Shown: positions 24,201 to 33,548 of the stretch, piece by piece
Layout: each line of letters starts with the position of its first letter
How positions within the stretch are numbered: position 1 is the stretch's first letter
NCBI GenBank assembly: GCA_000934665.2
Contig: KZ539105.1
Location: forward strand, 1-33,548
Direction of reading: 5' to 3'
Origin: Catajapyx aquilonaris
Taxonomy: Eukaryota
Length of the DNA stretch: 33,548 nucleotides
Notes under the pieces: model-generated
Told to the model about the DNA's origin: nothing
What the model saw: only the letters and a program-made list of their open reading frames with translations
The model's database searches: none
Program-made: the position numbers and the translations under genes

Positions 24201-27200
24201 GGCATCAGACCAAGAGAGGAGTCACCAAGTTCAAAAACTAACGACCATGCTACGAATGAGTCATTTATGTAAGCCTTTTAGAGCTCAACTGAAGGATACA
24301 CTAACTCCTTCCATGCAAATTTTTTTACCTTGTCAAGTTACTTGCCTAAGGGTCAGTTGCACCGGCCTCAGTATAACTTTAATAACAGTATAACCGGCCT
24401 CAGTATAACTTAGAACCTCGGGTATAACAAGAATTGCTATGGCAATTCTTGTTATACCCGAGGTTCTAAGTTATACTGAGGCCGGTGCAACTGGCCCTAA
24501 GTATTATTAATGCACTATCCTAGTTTTTTTCAAGGTTTTTCAAGTCGTCGTCGTCGTCGTCATCGTCCCCCCCCCCCCCCCCNNNNCCCCCCCCCCCATA
24601 ATACCTTGTGATAGCGGCAGGGGCCCCTTTAGGGGGGAAGGGGGGAAAGTCCCCAAGGGAGGACACTCTTAGGGCCGGTTGCACCAGTCACGGTATATGG
24701 GAAGGTATATGGAAGAACCCTGCACCGCGGGTACACGGTATATGCCATGAGAAATCTCGTGTTTATTCCATAGCATTGCACCGGTCCAGATAAAGGCAGC
24801 GTTTTCGGTAGTACGCTAGCTCATGAGAGACGTAAGAGGGCAAAAATTTTTGAGAGCGCTGATTGGATCGCAGCACCCGTGACGCAAGCCGTGACGTCAT
24901 GGAAGTATGGCTAGTCGTCTCGTATCTACGGCAACCATGTGGCAGGGTTGCCACATGGCGTCACACAGTACACAAAATCCCTAACACCAGTCCGCAACCA
25001 CGACAACACCATAAACCCGCGGTATAAGCAACTTGTGCTGCAGGATCGGTGGGTAGATGGATCCGGCGGTAAATGGGAGGGAGAACGGGCAGTTTTAGAA
25101 CAAGCGTAGGTGGCGCAACACTTTTCGCGGTATACCGGAGTGAAAACCCGCCGCTTCCCATATACCGCGACCGGTGCAACCGGCCCTTAAATAGGTTCAA
25201 GTCATTTCAGACCCTCTTAAATACCAGACCTCTGGGCAGAGAAGGGAGTGCAATTCTGCCCAGACATGTCAGATGAAAAGCAGAAAAAGACCCGACTAAC
25301 TGAAGGTGACAGGGATGGGATTTGAACGCCGGACCTTCCGCTTGGCTGGCCAGTAGCATAGCCACTAGGCTACCATTCCCCCCACCCCCCTGCACTACCC
25401 AAACTACTGTCACAAGTAATAAATTTAAGGAGACACTGACCGACACTGCTCTGGTTGTTATCCTCGTTGTTGCTTGCTGCTGTGTTGGTGGCTGTGGCGG
25501 CACTGGTGGCTGCTGCTGTGGCTGCTGCTGTAACTCCCGAGATTCCATTTGAGGTGGTGGCACCACTGCTGCTCTCCGTGCCCTGCCCCGACATCCCCCC
25601 CCCAGCCACTGACAGGGGGATCTTGCTTCCCCGGGATGAGCGGCGACTGCTGGCAGGGCAACAGAGACTGTCCATGTCAAATACATGTGCACAAAAAAAA
25701 ACAAAAAGGGAAAGAAAGAGTTCCTTATTACAAGAGGGGTCAGAAAACCCGAAGCAAACACCAAAGGAAACAAGGAGGTCGGGACAACAGGCAGCTACTG
25801 GAAGATCCAATCACCATGAATGCTCATTTGGCAGGCACAGTTCCAGTTCTGGCATGTAGGCCTATAGTGCAACTTGCCTGCAGCCAAGTTGCTAGTTGTC
25901 AGTAAATTTGCCGTACTGAACAGGTTGTTGTCAAATAAAACAGAATAGATCCGCAACGCAAGACAAATACACACAGGCTGTAATAACCAATTTTGTGCCG
26001 AATCCAGGTTGTAATACACAAGCCCACTCATGAAATATGAAAACCCACCTCATATACATGCTAGCCTCAAAGACAACAACTGAAATTTTACAGGTTAGCC
26101 AACAATATTCTGAATGTGGTATTGCCACAAATTCCAGTAGTTATCATTTGAGATTGTTATTGTAATCAAAGAAAACACAGCAGACTTGACACTTACAAGA
26201 ATGCACACATACAGAAGGGTTTGGCTACTAGACGATACGTACCTGCTACTAGCACAGGACCCCGTGGTGACCTTTGTGCGCGTTTTGTTTCTGGATGTCT
26301 GGCCGGCACCTCCGGCTGATGCTGTGGTAGCTGTTCCTCCAGAAAACCCCTTTGTTTGGGTCTCCTTGCTCCCAGTTGCTTCTTCCGAATCGACCTTGCC
26401 CACTAAGGCCTTGCCTTCAGCGGCAACCTTTGCACGTTTGGTAGGCACTGACAATTTCTTTCCTGCCTTTGATGATGATGTGGGTTTACTCTTTGACTCA
26501 ACTGCCCTTGGTTGCTGCTGAGATGACTCCACTAACTGACTTGCCCTCACTTGACTCCGAAGAGGATAACGTTTCACAATAGGTTGCACCTCTTGCTTGG
26601 ATGCCTTCCCCGAGTCACGTTTCCGACCCTGCCTTCCCGAGTCAGTCGGTGCTGGATCTTGGCTGGTTGATGCAACTGAAGCACGAGTACTCAACCGCTT
26701 TGGTCTAGCACCACCAATGCTAGATGCTGGTGATGATGTTCCACTGCTTGCAGGTGCTGCTTCCCAAGCAGTAACTTCCTCTCTCTGCAACCTTGAGCTA
26801 CGCCGGCTTGGAGGCTGCTGGCTCAGGTCTGGAAGTGACTTGGTTGTGGTCTTCTTTGCTGGTTGTACCTCTTTCACTGAACCCTTTCGGGTCGAGACCC
26901 CAGACAAGTTGGACTTTGCACCCTTGGTTAGTGCTGTGGCTGACTTTCCCCTACTGCCTGGCTTGGCCTTGACACCACCGCCTCCTGATGCTTCCTCCTG
27001 GTCACTTGCTGAAGCGTCTGGCGCGGCCGCCGGGTTGGCGCCGGAGCCCACGCGGGCCTTGCGCCGAGTCGTGTTGCTGCTGCTTGCCCCGCCCCCAGAC
27101 GATGCTCCGGATGAGGAAGCGCCTCCCCCTCCCCCACCTCCTCCTCCACCAGATTCCACACGGGACACCTTCACCGGAGGGCTGCTCTCCGTCTCACGCA

Positions 27201-27508
27201 GGTCCACACCACGCTTTCTTATTCTTCCTCTACCTCCTCCCCCACTTTCTCCCACTGCAGCTCCCCCGTCACTCTCCACCACTGCTGCTCCTGAACCAGA
27301 GCCCCACCTCGCTCCCGACAAGGAGTTCGAGGCCACCCCACCACCAGACCTGTACATTACATGAAAATCTGGTTCATCTCACAACACTACCACCATAACA
27401 AAACAACTGCAGAGGAGCTCATTGGACCTACCTCGTGTGCAAAGCCGAAGTAGCCCTGGTGGTGAAAGAGCCAGACCCCCCAGGGACAGAGCTAGGTTGG
27501 TCGGCCAT
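13257..27508 (-). CDS. TRIP12: E3 ubiquitin-protein ligase TRIP12 (Ctrip/UFD4-type; IDR-ARM-WWE-HECT); 16 coding exons, ~2200 aa
   Basis: Exons 27508-27432, 27349-26243, 25649-25441, 22440-21884, 21629-21345, 20998-20828, 20710-20498, 20000-19850, 18869-18528, 18403-18139, 18058-17434, 17321-16704, 16253-16048, 15595-15274, 15063-13806, 13453-13257 (6603 nt; all GT-AG, phases consistent). Motifs: [39 protein letters not shown] (WWE), [20 protein letters not shown] and [18 protein letters not shown] (catalytic Cys), ending SFHLS. Confidence 0.97.
15162..15203. repeat. (TAT)14 microsatellite in a TRIP12 intron
   Basis: Read directly; preceded by a T10 run. Confidence 0.95.
15705..15987. mobile_element. 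Fold-back (hairpin) MITE-like element, ~283 bp (TRIP12 intron)
   Basis: Arms of ~140 bp (TGTGAGCTTAGCTCTTCTC... / ...GAGAAGAGCGAAGCTCACA) centred on the perfect palindrome AGGCCTCCTGCAGGAGGCCT (15841-15860). No clear TSD. Confidence 0.8.
19169..19546 (-). CDS. Candidate alternative (cassette) exon of TRIP12, 126 codons
   Basis: Stop-free 378 nt in the TRIP12 frame with acceptor ctctctctgccatcaaacag|GC and donor TGTG|gtaagg. Both ends are phase 1, matching the host phase-1 intron (19849-18870). Confidence 0.5.
20228..20393. mobile_element. Fold-back MITE-like element, family X, copy 2 (TRIP12 intron)
   Basis: CTGCCATCCCAAAGTAAAAC...TGCACTAAT / ATTAGTGCA...GTTTTACCTGGGGACGGCAG. Shares the core AACTAGTA-GGGYGAARGTC-CATGCA-GCC-TGCACTAATCC with 7384-7562; the loop is in the opposite orientation. 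Confidence 0.8.
23534..24127. mobile_element. TIR element (~594 bp) with internal TIR copies; superfamily unassigned
   Basis: AATTGAAGACGTCACTTGCCAAAGGGCCCAACTCC (23534-23568) is inverted at 24093-24127 with one mismatch. Degenerate copies at ~23743-23767 (reverse) and ~23929-23950 (forward). Confidence 0.7.
24350..24497. mobile_element. PIF/Harbinger (Tourist-like) hairpin MITE, 148 bp
   Basis: TAA|GGGTCAGTTGCACCGG...CCGGTGCAACTGGCCC|TAA: 3-bp TAA TSD. Perfect 45-bp arms at 24393-24437 and 24442-24486. Confidence 0.88.
24521..25390 (-). mobile_element. tRNA-derived SINE interrupted by a Harbinger MITE
   Basis: Minus-strand head GGAATGGTAGCCTAGTGGC (A box) ... GTTCAAATCCC (B box) at ~25380-25315. 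Tail (GAC)n then CTTGAAAAA x2 at 24567-24521. Flanked by the 10-bp direct repeat TGCACTAYCC (24511-24520, 25391-25400). Confidence 0.7.
24672..25186. mobile_element. Non-autonomous PIF/Harbinger element, 515 bp
   Basis: TTA|GGGCCGGTTGCACCAGTCACGGTATATGGGAAG ... CTTCCCATATACCGCGACCGGTGCAACCGGCCC|TTA: ~33-bp TIRs and a TTA TSD; CpG-rich, so probably young. Confidence 0.9.
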
Positions 27509-28031
27509 AGACACACCTCTTCCGCTGATGCATGCCACAACAAGTTACGCTGCAACAAGAAAATCAAGGTGATTATTGACCCTCTCCAAAAAGACAATAC
27601 AGTGCATTAAGAATGCTATTTCAGGAGAAATTGATCATTGTAAATTCAACTCCACAATGGGAAAAGGGCCATGCTCAATGCCAAGCTGAGATCATTCTCT
27701 AACTTGAGCTGGTAGGCATTGCTGCACACATAATTAGCCTGGTAACTGTCCTGCTCTGGTATCTAAAATTCACTTTGCTTAACACATTCATGACAAGCAA
27801 AATATGGAAAGTGTGCACCAGGCTTCAGTGCCATTAAATTTGCTCGATGTCTTCACTTATCGGGATTTATCAGTGTGTCAACCAGATGGCTGTTATATGG
27901 CTGAACTGCAAGACAGTCTCGCATGAAAAACTAGTACTGAATTGTTATAAAGTATAAGCTGACACAAATATCAAGCTATTGAAAAAATTGCAGTTTTCAC
28001 CAGCCACTTCGTAACTCCCTCTCTTTTCGCG

Positions 28032-28370
28032 TGCGCTTAACAACTCCTCTATCCCCGGATGTGGAGTCCCGCATACCGGATGTGGAGCCCTGTATCAAAA
28101 CACATTCAGGCAGATGACCTATGAACCATACTGAACCTACCGAATTGTGAATTCCCATTCAGCCCTTTTTTGCAGATCCACAGCACCAGCCACCCAAATG
28201 TGATTTGGACTGGTCCAAATCACATTCGGGTGGCTGATGGTTGGATCTGTGGGCGAGGGCTGAATGGGAATTGCCAATTTAGGTTGGCTCAGAATGGTTC
28301 ATAAGTCATCTGCCCGAATGCGTTTTGATACAGGGTTCCACATCCAGGGATCGAGGACTCGTTAAGTGCA
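28032..28370. mobile_element. Fold-back (hairpin) MITE-like element, ~340 bp (putative TRIP12 5'UTR intron)
   Basis: Arms of ~160 bp (TGCGCTTAAC...CCCTGTATCAAAAC... / ...GTTTTGATACAGGG...GTTAAGTGCA) centred on AATGTGATTTGGAC-TG-GTCCAAATCACATT (28197-28226). The left arm has a 21-bp tandem duplication (28055/28076). Confidence 0.8.
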
Positions 28371-29933
28371 TGGCCTTCCCCATATGGCTAGATAGATAGG
28401 GAGCTGTGGGGGGCTGGTTTTCACAATATCAATGCTGACAAACTGTAGCGAAAATTTGAAAATCTTGTACAACACAAAGTGGCAATCTACACTTGGGCCA
28501 AACCAGATAGACACTTCACTTCTACCTTGGAACAATACTCAAAAGTTCCAAGACATAATACTTGTCGGCCTTCAATATGCTATCATGAACACTCTCATCA
28601 TACATTAATCTCATTTCCAGTGCATTAACAGCATTAAACGTCCATGTCAATAGCACTGCATGTGCCACCAAGTATCTCATGACTAATAAGTCTTTAACTA
28701 TTAATACTAAAACGCCTTAGAATTGACTTGGTGGTGCCATGAAATACTCTTCATGATAGTTAGCTACATGCAAGTGGCGACTGCATCTATAATAAGCCTC
28801 GTATCTGCATACCACACTATGTAGTACCATGCTCATTTGCAGTCTTATTGATCACATGGCAAAAAGTCAGCTCTTAAGAGCAAGGAAAAAGTGTTGGCCT
28901 CATCCCAATATTTGCCTCTACACCCAATTCTGCTCGAAACTTGTCATCACTCTACACGACTGCCTGAACCTTTACCAAAATTCATGAGATTTCAAAGATC
29001 CAACCACAAAATATGAAACACTGTGTGGTTAGTGCAATCTGCTGGCACTTGATGTTGGTGATTTTAGACTCTTCCCAATTCCCTGACATGGCACCAAATT
29101 GAAAATGTTAAGTGTCTTTTACTCCAGCCATTTGTCATTCACATATGGAAACGTGCCAGTCTAAAAGCTATGTACCAAATAGTAATTCAACTGACTCCAT
29201 GGGTTGCATGTAGCACAAGATCTAACAAATAATCACAAATATTTGGACAATTTGTTGCAGCTTCATTGCCAAATACGAAGCAACTAAACCATCAAGGTGT
29301 GATGATGGTGCCATACTGAAACCTCCCAACATTCCAGTCAACTCTCAGGTAAATTCGTGATCAATCTGTCTCGACTCTGTTGCCTTGCACGTGTGATTTT
29401 TGGTTTACTTTTTACAGTCAGGGCGGCCACACCTATACCTTTCGCCTACAAGTCCAGTCGGGTAAGTGCTTCCAGCGATGTGTACAATGTACTCGCAAAG
29501 CGACTGCGTATTGTTCATTGCCATGCCCCCAGTCCGTATCTCAACCCACTGACCAACCTTACCGAGACGTTACGGTCCCGTCGCTACCCATCTGACTCAA
29601 CCTACACACCCTTTAAAAACCCTGCAGACTATGAGACTAGGCTTCCACAAGTTCAAGCGATAAATAATCTCCTCTAGAGAGCATGTCTGCGCAAAAAGGG
29701 AGTGATTCGCCCCCCACCCCCTCCCCCAGGCACTCCCCCTGGGCAAAAAAAAAATAAAAAGAAATGAAAAAGTGTCGGTATATACCACCACCTCCTCCCC
29801 TGGGCAGGTTGCACTTACACTGTATGCAGTCGATCGGGCCTTGCATCCCCCCCTCCTTTCCAACCCTTATCCGGAACCTGCAACGACCACCCCCTCCCCC
29901 GTCTCTCCACCTCTCACAATGACTATGTACCCG

Positions 29934-29957
29934 ACACACACACACACACACACACAC
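29934..29957. repeat. (CA)n microsatellite
   Basis: Read directly; about 12 units. Confidence 0.9.
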
Positions 29958-30129
29958 TAGACCCCCCGTCTGAGGCAGGCAGGCACCCCGATCTTGCAGG
30001 GGACGCAGCACACAAAAGGGTGGAAAAAAGGACTTTGGGGTGGCAGAGGGTGGGTGGCAGGCGGGCAGGATGAAACTACAAGGAGGAGGGGAGGAGGGCA
30101 ATGGTGGGAGAGCAGAACCCGCAGTAGCA

Positions 30130-30720
30130 GTGCAGCGCCATCTTACCTGTTGGCCTCACATATGTCGCATATTGGCACGGGGGGAAGGGGGATCTGGAGG
30201 GTGGGACGATCCAGGGGGCTGGACAGGTTCATTATTTTTCCAGATTTAATTGAAACAAATATAAGATGGAAATATTGCAACACCGTTATGGGGGGGGGGG
30301 GGGCACTACCGNNNNNNNNNNNNNNNNNNNNNGGGGGGGGGGGGGCACTACCGCGGGAGGTTCAAACGTACTGGACGTCACGGTACGACCGGACTTCACA
30401 AGTGACAGGTTCACTCCATGCCGCCCTGATGATGCCGTCAACAAAGACAACGACACGTGTGACGTTCAAACAAACAAAGAATCACAATAAAAAAAAACCG
30501 AACATGCAGTTTTTTTTTTACATCAACGAAAAAAAAAGGAAGTCGATAGAATGCAGCTTATTTTTATAGTCTAAAACAATCGAGGGTTGGAGGGTCACAC
30601 CTGATTACCTACTTCTTTTTTCTCGAAAGCCGATTAGGACAGCCTTCGAGAGCTGCAATTTTGCCTCCCTAGTAACGATCCACCTGGGGCACTGTAGTTG
30701 CCAGGCAAAGGGGACTTCAA
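30130..30720 (-). promoter_or_regulatory. Probable TRIP12 promoter and non-coding first exon(s)
   Basis: GC/CpG-rich region. Minus-strand donors CAG|GTAAGATGGCG (30146; overlaps a YY1-type AAGATGGCG motif) and AG|GTAATC (30608). The ATG exon has an acceptor at 27550-27551 that needs an upstream exon. Confidence 0.5.
30312..30332. other. Assembly gap with duplicated flanks
   Basis: An N run with the same G-run+CACTACCG on each side; a similar gap lies in the C-run near 24583. Confidence 0.85.
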
Positions 30721-31919
30721 ATTACAAACTTTTTTTCCCGTTTAATTTTTTTTTTTTTAAATTTAAGGGTGGCGTGAGAAGTTGGGTTATTTAACTCTGT
30801 TGGCAGAATTTTTGGAAGGGAAGAGATGTTGGTGGCCATCACATGGGGGCTGGAGAAGGGTGACCACGTCCTCGACTAATGGGCAGTGTCCAAATTTGGC
30901 CTGTAATTGGACCACTTCACACTGATTGCTGAACTTGTACAGTACATAGTGCGGTAGTTTCATGGAAAATGGGCAATCATTACATCCAGCACACAGAGTA
31001 ATCGACTTTCTTCGCATATGCCAATTTGCGGCACAAATTCGCGAAAAAAGTATGTCCTCTAATCACTGTACAAATACTATCCATACACATTTGAGCCGTA
31101 ACTCCAGTGGTTAACTAGTCCTGTCACAGAGACACTAACAAATCAACAAGAAAATCAAGGTTGATAACCTTTGTGGTATTCCACTTTGTGCCCAATACTT
31201 ACGGGCAAGTACCATATCTCCAACTGTTACATTTTAATTGTGTTCATTATGCCAAATAATTCAATGACTTCCAGAACAGCCATTAACAAGCATGTAAGCC
31301 ATTGTTCTAATACAGTATGCTGTCATATGTGACAGCCCACATTAAGTAAAAAAAACATCACACAATAGTAATATGAGGCTAATTGTGCTACACCACATGA
31401 TCCAGAATTCAGCTCACAGTAAACATCGTGGAAATGCTCCATTGTGTCAGTAAGATACATGTTTATCACTGCATTCCAGGTGGGTTCCTGGGGTGTCATA
31501 AACGTTCTGCTGAAACTAGGTGATCTTAATTTTGGAAGATACAATACCCTAACAATAAAACATCAACTGAGGAATTCTATGCTCCTATCCTTTGTAAAAA
31601 TACTGATGATCCCTACTCATGTGCATCATATGCCTAACGCCACTACCACATTACCATGCAGTAGAACAAAAAGTTGTCATTTTAAGCGTCATTAGGGCAA
31701 AGCAGCTACTGGTGCTTTCTTCAGACAACCATGCAGAAATCTGTCTTCTCCCGCAGACATCCTGTTTGTCCTTAGTGATTAGAAGCTACTTGTTTCATTT
31801 CTACACTATTCCAGAGCATGGACAGCAGGGTAGATACATTTGTTTATTAGTAAGGCTTTCTGACACCTGCTTACATTGTGATAACATTATGCTACACTCA
31901 CTTGCACTACCCATTAGAG

Positions 31920-32280
31920 CAGTGGTTACCAACCTTTTCGGGCCTTCACACCCCTTTGAGAGCAGTTGGTCCTTCGTGTACCCCCTATCACTATGACAGA
32001 TTTACCGAATCCTTGACATTTAACTAATCTGTGATAATTGTGATAACTACCTTATAATCAATATTTTGGGGCCAGGAATATGATGAAGTGAAAGAAAATT
32101 TCATATTTTCGATTATAATTCAGCTATACTGTATTTTCCTTTGTGGAAGCCACTTATGGGCTGTGCTATGACCAAAATTGCTCGATTTGGACTCACGGTC
32201 AGGGGTACTTACCTCCGTACCCCCAAGAGGGCCCCCTCGCACCCCCTCGTGGTACGGGTACCCTTGGTTGGGAACCCCTG
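31920..32280. mobile_element. hAT (Charlie-like) MITE, 361 bp
   Basis: Perfect 8-bp TSD CATTAGAG (31912-31919, 32281-32288); TIRs CAGTGGTTACCAACC / GGTTGGGAACCCCTG. Confidence 0.92.
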
Positions 32281-33548
32281 CATTAGAGTGATTAGACTAT
32301 ACTGGCCTCACTTCCCAAAATGGCTAAATAAAACAGATTTTGTGATTGAAACCCCCTGATATAAATTTAACTGTAACTCATAATGAAGAATCTACATTCC
32401 AAGCACAACTTCACTTTCGATGACTGGAAAAAAAATATGATGAAATCTGTATTATTACGTTATCATTTCAGTCCTTGCAAAAGCATTTCTGCATTCTATT
32501 AGTTTATAACAATTAATGTGTTTTAATTGTGTCTCATTAATGATAAGAAGGAGCTCTTGACCAATAATTGCGCATAACTGAGAAAGTAAGAGGATGAATC
32601 AAATGCAAGTGAGAAAAGTAAATATTAATTTATTGAAGTATGGACCATTTAGGATGAATGTTTGAGAGGGATAGTTGCGGATTCATATGGACCTCATAGG
32701 TTCTGGCAGTTTGTGAATAGATGGAGTGTCAGTTGTACAGTATCAATGATGAGATGGCAGTGCCCCTTCTGGTGTGCAACAAGGAGGAGAAGACAGCTGT
32801 TATTCGGTTTGGGGCATAAATACTATGAAACCGGCCAAAACAGATTAGAGAATGCAGGTACTATATGGATATGTCATGTGTCTCGTTGTCACTTTCCTGT
32901 TAATGGCTCAAAATATTTCAGAAATATGAAAGTAGTTGGACAGACATGCTGCTGCCAGGCCAATGGAATAAAGCTGCATGACACATTAAATTTTTTTATA
33001 GCATTAGTAGACATGTGACTGCGATCCCCATTGCTCATGTACTTGCCCTGATCTGAAAATATTGGGACACCCCCAAAAAATGGAGTGGTGGGGTTATACA
33101 CAGGATGTGATAAAAAGTTTCCATTAAGATTATCTGGACTTTAGAATGGATAATTATGAATAGTAACAATTGAGCTAGGAGGATACCAAATTTGAAGTTA
33201 ATTTGACAGTTAACAACTGAAATAAATACGATTATACCTTGGACAGTGAATTTCTGTGGGGTCTGGTAAAAATTGCTGCCACTCTGTTTATTTCTTACTT
33301 AGCGGGATGTAAATGTTGATAATGAACCTGAGGGGCCGCACAAACCCAAAAACAGTTATGACATTAATTACAAAAAATCTAGCACAAAATTAAAAAATAT
33401 TTATCGCAAGTGGATTTTTTCAGAAATTGATACACTTGGCAGTACCACATTTAACGGTGTTATTTATTAATAAATTAAAATGTGATAGTATTGTTTATCT
33501 AGAACTCAGTCCAATGTGCTATGATAAAAAATTTCATTGCAATTAAAG

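Noticed and set aside
23534..24500. CRISPR-like repeat array
   Set aside because: The repeats are inverted and irregularly spaced, in a eukaryotic intron with no cas genes; TIR elements explain them.
25305..25380. Functional tRNA gene
   Set aside because: The A and B boxes are present but the acceptor, anticodon and T stems pair poorly. It is followed by a body, tail and TSD, which fits a SINE head.
26597..27364. 255-aa plus-strand ORF and other long antisense ORFs (14147-14686, 9368-9817, 25455-25859)
   Set aside because: These are antisense shadows of GC-rich TRIP12 or HS6ST exons and have no independent motifs.
29357..29677. 106-aa ORF with a signal-peptide-like start
   Set aside because: It has a GTG start, lies antisense within the putative TRIP12 5' intron, and shows no recognisable domain.
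30290..30353. Tandem repeat of G-run+CACTACCG
   Set aside because: It flanks an N gap, so it is most likely a contig-overlap artefact.
30787..31017. Cys-containing 76-aa ORF as a piggyBac C-terminal remnant or small gene
   Set aside because: It has only one CxxC-like pair, with no complete Cys-rich domain, TIRs or splice support.
33097..33125. Mariner-like TIR start (TACACAGGATGTGATAAAAAGTTTCC), and a CACCCTGTA end at 19-27
   Set aside because: No partner TIR lies inside the window, so neither element can be supported.

Overview
Eukaryotic genomic DNA with short GT-AG introns, most likely from an arthropod (chelicerate or myriapod-like; taxon inferred from gene content). Five spliced protein-coding genes were rebuilt by hand with consistent intron phases. 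Two are convergent paralogues of secreted group-7 (Der p 7-like) lipid-binding proteins (256-1304 +, 1907-3095 -). The others are heparan-sulfate 6-O-sulfotransferase (6295-10186 -), TMEM256 (10459-11180 +, head-to-head with HS6ST) and a 16-exon TRIP12/Ctrip HECT E3 ligase (13257-27508 -). Introns and UTRs hold many non-autonomous elements: PIF/Harbinger, Tigger-like and hAT MITEs, a tRNA-derived SINE with a MITE nested inside it, and several long fold-back palindromes. The best leads are (1) a candidate 378-nt frame-preserving cassette exon just after the TRIP12 WWE domain carrying FFAT-like and LxxLL motifs, (2) a hairpin family whose two copies differ by compensatory changes in both arms, and (3) the nested SINE/MITE cluster. 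No CRISPR array or prokaryote-type system is present. Family assignments come from recalled motifs; no database search was run.
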